Positions 27,872-31,122 of a DNA stretch of 31,122 bases are shown here, piece by piece. Made by a program: the position numbers and the translations under genes. How positions within the stretch are numbered: position 1 is the first letter of the stretch; each line of letters starts with the position of its first letter. The DNA lies in IMG/VR virus record IMGVR_UViG_3300045988_093071, positions 1 through 31,122 of that record; one strand, 5' to 3'. The notes under the pieces were generated by a model. It was not told where the DNA came from and ran no database searches. It saw only the letters and a program-made list of their open reading frames with translations. The DNA comes from a virus.

Positions 27872-27921
27872 TGTAACTTTTTTATTCTTATTAACTACAA
27901 AATATGAGTAAAAAGGTTACA
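27872..27921. repeat. 50-nt palindromic element, copy B
   Basis: TGTAACTTTTTTA ... TAAAAAGGTTACA lies 10 nt after the TAG stop. Its loop is nearly identical to that of copy A (CTACAAAATAT[TG]AG). Confidence 0.8.
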
Positions 27922-27973
27922 TTAGATATTCTAAAAATATTACAAATTTATAAAGTGCTATATATTAATAAAA

Positions 27974-28567
27974 ATGGAAATTACTTATAATGATCTTCCA
28001 TTATTTCAGGCAGTGATTACTGATGATTGTGATGGAATAGAATATGTTGCTTTAACAAGCAAACCAGCTACACAAGTTAACTGGGTTGCTTTTAGTAATT
28101 CTCAGAAGTTCTCGATGGATGAAGATAAGCATTTAGTAACATCTTGCTTAATGTTAAGTGATACTCCAATTTTCAGACGAGATGAGAAACTCGGAGAATA
28201 CTACATACAGTATGATAAGGAAACTCTTCGTAAAATGGCAGAGAAGATGCTGTATGATAAGAGAACTACAGATGTAAATATTGAACATTTAGAAGATTCT
28301 GATTTAAATGGAATTACTCTACAAGAAATCTATGTAAAGGATATTAATAGAGGAATATCTCCAGTTGAATTCCAGGATGTTCCTGATGGTTCTTTATTTG
28401 CCACTTATAAAGTAGATAATCAAGTTATTTGAGATGCAATTAAAGCTGGTAAGTTTAAAGGGTTCTCAATTGAAGGTTTATTTACTTTAGAGAGAAAGTC
28501 TGATGAATATGACGAAATAAAAGAGATCCTTAATATGATTAAGAAGATAAAAAGAGTTAAACATTAA
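27974..28567 (+). CDS. XkdF-like prohead protease candidate (197 aa). In-frame TGA at 28430.
   Basis: The N-terminus reads ..GIEYVALTSKPATQVNWVAF.. After the TGA it reads ..VIWDAIKAGKFKGFSIEGLF.., the W..[IV]K.G...G.S[IV].G block typical of the PBSX XkdF family. It lies upstream of the scaffold and capsid genes. Confidence 0.6.
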
Positions 28568-28580
28568 AATTATTAATTAA

Positions 28581-29183
28581 ATGAGCAAATTCACAAGAAT
28601 CAAGCTTGAATTGGCTAAAATGCTTGCAAAGTTCAGTGATATTAAAACTGATAAGGCAGTACTTACTTGGGATTCAGATGAAGACTTACGCGCTGGTATG
28701 GATGTATATGTTCAGGATGAGAACGGAGAATACAAACCTGCTGAGGATGGTGAGTATGTAACTGAGGATGGAAAGACGATTGTTGTTAAAGACGGTAAAG
28801 TAGAGTCTGTAACTGATCCTAAAGCTGAGGTTGATCCAGAAGAAGCAGCTAAATCAGAAGTTGATGCTGCTTGTGGGAAACGCAAGGTAGAAACTGCTGA
28901 AGAGCCAGTTGATCCTGAAGTAGCTACTGATGGTGACAAAGAAACTGTAACTGATGCAATTGATGCAATTCATCGCGAAATTAATGAGCTTTATGACATT
29001 GTTGATAAGCTTGTTAAGAAAGTAGCTGAATTAGAGGGTAAATCTGAAGCTACAGAAAAGACGGTTGAAAAGATGAGCAAAATGAGTGCTGCATTTTCAG
29101 CTGAGGAACAGATAGAAGGTAAAGCTTCAATAATGACTGGCAATCCTGTTATTGATAAAAAGCTTAAAAACTTTATTGGTTAA
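28581..29183 (+). CDS. Scaffolding protein candidate (200 aa, acidic, coiled-coil)
   Basis: It is Asp/Glu-rich with a helical C-terminus (EINELYDIVDKLVKKVAELEGK), contains no Trp, and lies directly upstream of the capsid gene. Confidence 0.55.
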   Translation: MSKFTRIKLELAKMLAKFSDIKTDKAVLTWDSDEDLRAGMDVYVQDENGEYKPAEDGEYVTEDGKTIVVKDGKVESVTDPKAEVDPEEAAKSEVDAACGKRKVETAEEPVDPEVATDGDKETVTDAIDAIHREINELYDIVDKLVKKVAELEGKSEATEKTVEKMSKMSAAFSAEEQIEGKASIMTGNPVIDKKLKNFIG

Positions 29184-29205
29184 TTATTAAATTATTTATA
29201 AAATT

Positions 29206-30111
29206 ATGGCAAATAGTCCTGTAATGACTAGTCTTACTGCTTATGTAGAGCAGAGACGTCTTCCTCTTATTAAAGAGGCTGTATTAAAGGCTAAGAGTGC
29301 TTCGTTGTTCAATCTTCAAACTGACATCAAAACTAGTGCTGCTCTTAACCTGTTATCAACTGCTATTCAGTTTGGCGATGGCCTAGCTTGTGGTTGGGAT
29401 GAAGCTGGAACTCAGACTCTTTCTCAGAGAATTCTAGCTACTGGTAATATTAAGATCAATATGGCATATTGTGATAAAGAGATGCTTAAATACTGGACTC
29501 AGTATCAAGTACGAGTAGCTGCTGGTCAGAAGACGCTTCCTTTTGAAGAGGATTTCGTAAATGCAGTAGTTGAGAATGTTAAGGCTGCTATTGAGACTGC
29601 TATTTGGCAGGGTGATACTGCTTCTGAAACAAATAACCTGAAGTATTTTGATGGTCTGTTAAAGATCCTTGGTGCTGCTGATGGGGTTGTTGATGTAGTA
29701 ATTACTGGAGCATCTGCTTATGATGACATTATGGCTGTTTATAACGCTATTCCTGAGAAGGTTCTGGATGGTGCTTCTATCTTAGTTGGCAGTGATACTT
29801 TCCGTAAATTTATCCAGGAGTTAGTTGCTAAGAACTACTACCACTATAGTGGTGAGAATCTTAATGGTGAGATTATGCTTCCTGGTTCGCAGGTTAAAGT
29901 AATCGCTGTTAATGGTCTTAATGGAACTGATAAGATTGTTGCTGGTCAGTTAGATAAGAACTTCTTCTATGGTTGCGATATGATGAACGATGAAGAGAAG
30001 TTTGAATTGTGGTATTCACAAGATTTCCGCGAATTTAGATTAGCTATTGAATTTAACGCTGGTGTACAGGTTGCATTCCCTGATGAGGTAGTTCTTGGTG
30101 CCAAAGCCTAA
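29206..30111 (+). CDS. Major capsid protein candidate (301 aa)
   Basis: The call rests on its position after the protease and scaffold genes, its more GC-rich and biased codon usage, and its size and pattern (..LPFEEDFVNAVVENVKAAIETAIWQGD..), all typical of HK97-fold capsid proteins of gut phages. There is no in-frame TGA. Confidence 0.65.
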   Translation: MANSPVMTSLTAYVEQRRLPLIKEAVLKAKSASLFNLQTDIKTSAALNLLSTAIQFGDGLACGWDEAGTQTLSQRILATGNIKINMAYCDKEMLKYWTQYQVRVAAGQKTLPFEEDFVNAVVENVKAAIETAIWQGDTASETNNLKYFDGLLKILGAADGVVDVVITGASAYDDIMAVYNAIPEKVLDGASILVGSDTFRKFIQELVAKNYYHYSGENLNGEIMLPGSQVKVIAVNGLNGTDKIVAGQLDKNFFYGCDMMNDEEKFELWYSQDFREFRLAIEFNAGVQVAFPDEVVLGAKA

Positions 30112-30149
30112 TTTCAATAGAGTTTAACTTTAAATAAGATTGAAATTAT

Positions 30150-30674
30150 ATGGCTTGTTTAATAACTATCGCTGGTATTACCCTGGATTGCGAATCTTCG
30201 CTTGGTGGTATCAAACAGGTATGGATTACTCAGTACGATAATGTTAAGAGTGTAACTGTAGATGATGAGACTAATCAAATCTCAGCTATTACTCTTGAAT
30301 CAGATGCTAAATGGTATAATTACCAATTCCGCAAAGGTACTGGTTCTCTAACCTCAACATTGAACGTTGACGAAACTGCAGGAACCAACTATGTAAGTAA
30401 TGAGCTTGCTCTTGTATTTACAAAGATGGAGACTAAGAAAAGAATCGAGATTGCTGCTCTTTCTATTGGACAACTTGTAGTTGTTGTAGAAGATTCTAAT
30501 GGCAAATACTGGTTCTTAGGAAAAGATGACTATGTAAGCGCTTCCGCTGGTACGGGTGTTACTGGTACTGCAAAAGGTGATCAGAACGCTTATACGCTGA
30601 CTTTAGCTACTGACTCTGAATCATATCCTTATGAGTTGAGTGCTGAAGCTATTCAAAGTGTTGTAGGTGCTTAA
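30150..30674 (+). CDS. Tail tube-like or head-proximal structural protein (174 aa)
   Basis: It is co-expressed with the capsid gene and followed by a strong terminator. The pattern C..SLGGI..V.....F.F.KGTGS......G.....L.L.F......I..L..G.L.V.V.D.NGKYW.LG resembles siphovirus tube proteins. This is uncertain. Confidence 0.4.
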   Translation: MACLITIAGITLDCESSLGGIKQVWITQYDNVKSVTVDDETNQISAITLESDAKWYNYQFRKGTGSLTSTLNVDETAGTNYVSNELALVFTKMETKKRIEIAALSIGQLVVVVEDSNGKYWFLGKDDYVSASAGTGVTGTAKGDQNAYTLTLATDSESYPYELSAEAIQSVVGA

Positions 30675-30683
30675 CAACAGAAG

Positions 30684-30718
30684 AGGGGCGAGTATTAATT
30701 TACTTGCCCCTTATTTTG
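30684..30718 (+). terminator. Intrinsic terminator after the capsid/tube operon
   Basis: GGGGCGAGTA-ttaatt-TACTTGCCCC is a 10-bp stem with one G-T pair, followed by TTATTTTGTTT. Confidence 0.8.
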
Positions 30719-30757
30719 TTTATGGACAGATAATTAACTATTTATATTTTATAGAAA

Positions 30758-31122
30758 ATGGCTATTAAATATACAACACCAGAAGTGGCAAAGAATACAA
30801 CTTCAAGAGATATTGAAGCTTTAGCTGCTCAAGAATGTAAATTACAGGAGAAGTCTGTAGAATATACTCAGAATGCTGAGTTCGTTGTAACTCCAGATGA
30901 GGGTTATGATGGTATGTCGAAAGTAAATGTATCTGTTGATGTTGTTGTTCCTACAGTACAAGCTACTAAAGAGATTACAATTACATCTAACGGATTAATA
31001 GATATTTTACCTGATCCAGATTATGATGTTATGGAGAAGGTTTCTGCACAAATAAATGTTCCAGTACCAACTCCTACTTTACAAGAGAAACATATAACAA
31101 TAGATAAAAACCTATCAATGAC
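30758..31122 (+). CDS. 5' part of LRR protein copy 1 (continues at nt 56 -> 878 through the circular junction)
   Basis: ATG 30758 follows the 18-nt conserved start context. The frame is open to the window end and in phase with nt 3 onward at the start of the window. Confidence 0.8.
   Translation, partial: MAIKYTTPEVAKNTTSRDIEALAAQECKLQEKSVEYTQNAEFVVTPDEGYDGMSKVNVSVDVVVPTVQATKEITITSNGLIDILPDPDYDVMEKVSAQINVPVPTPTLQEKHITIDKNLSM
31068..31122. repeat. Terminal overlap, second copy (identical to 1-55)
   Basis: Exact identity to the first 55 nt of the window. Confidence 0.95.

Noticed and set aside
6203-27921. The four 50-nt repeats as a CRISPR array or MITE-like transposon copies
   Set aside because: The copies are 5-8 kb apart rather than in an array. 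They have no target-site duplications or flanking spacers, and each sits precisely at an operon end or leader. This points to a regulatory or structural role.
25296-28939. Minus-strand track ORFs 25296..25478, 25908..26168 and 28712..28939
   Set aside because: They are antisense to the tail, tape-measure-like and scaffold genes. Their compositions mirror the sense-strand Gly/Ala or Asp/Glu-rich segments.
1-31122. TGA decoded as Gly (code 25), as selenocysteine, or as genuine stops with split genes
   Set aside because: At the interpretable positions the families carry Trp (RW.NG.GY and KYGW in GIY-YIG, W-x-H in M15, W..[IV]K.G in XkdF). Thirty-five SECIS-dependent sites are implausible. Split genes would break catalytic domains in half.

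Overview
The window is a complete, circularly closed ~31.07-kb genome of a strongly AT-rich tailed dsDNA phage. Positions 1-55 are identical to 31068-31122, and one gene runs across that junction. The six-frame track is misleading because it uses the standard code. About 35 in-frame TGA codons sit inside genes, several at positions where the protein families carry a conserved Trp. The genome is therefore read with TGA=Trp (translation table 4). With that code the fragmentary ORFs fuse into about 41 tightly packed genes that all end in TAA or TAG.

Gene content:
- Head module: XkdF-like protease, scaffold, major capsid protein and a tube-like protein.
- Triplicated receptor-binding cassette: three BspA-type LRR proteins, two 73-aa paralogs and two repeat-rich fibres.
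- PBSX/P2-type portal and connector candidates.
- Lysis cassette: membrane protein, 53-aa holin candidate and M15 peptidase.
- Leftward early operon: SF2 helicase plus three micro-ORFs.
- Rightward early operon: PD-(D/E)XK-like nuclease, a two-piece sigma-70-like factor and a membrane protein.
- TerS and TerL, followed by a gene with a T9 -1 slip site.
- Tail module: 734-aa and 1149-aa proteins with BACON-like and CarboxypepD_reg-like parts, and a 771-aa tape-measure-like protein.
- Four free-standing homing endonucleases (3 GIY-YIG, 1 HNH) wedged between conserved genes.

Non-coding highlights are a 50-nt palindromic element present four times at operon boundaries, three perfect Bacteroidota-type promoters (TTTG-N20-TAnnTTTG) in the 400-bp divergent control region, and several intrinsic terminators. 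I saw no tRNA, rRNA, CRISPR array, integrase, reverse transcriptase or DNA polymerase. All functional calls rest on motif recognition by eye, not on database searches.
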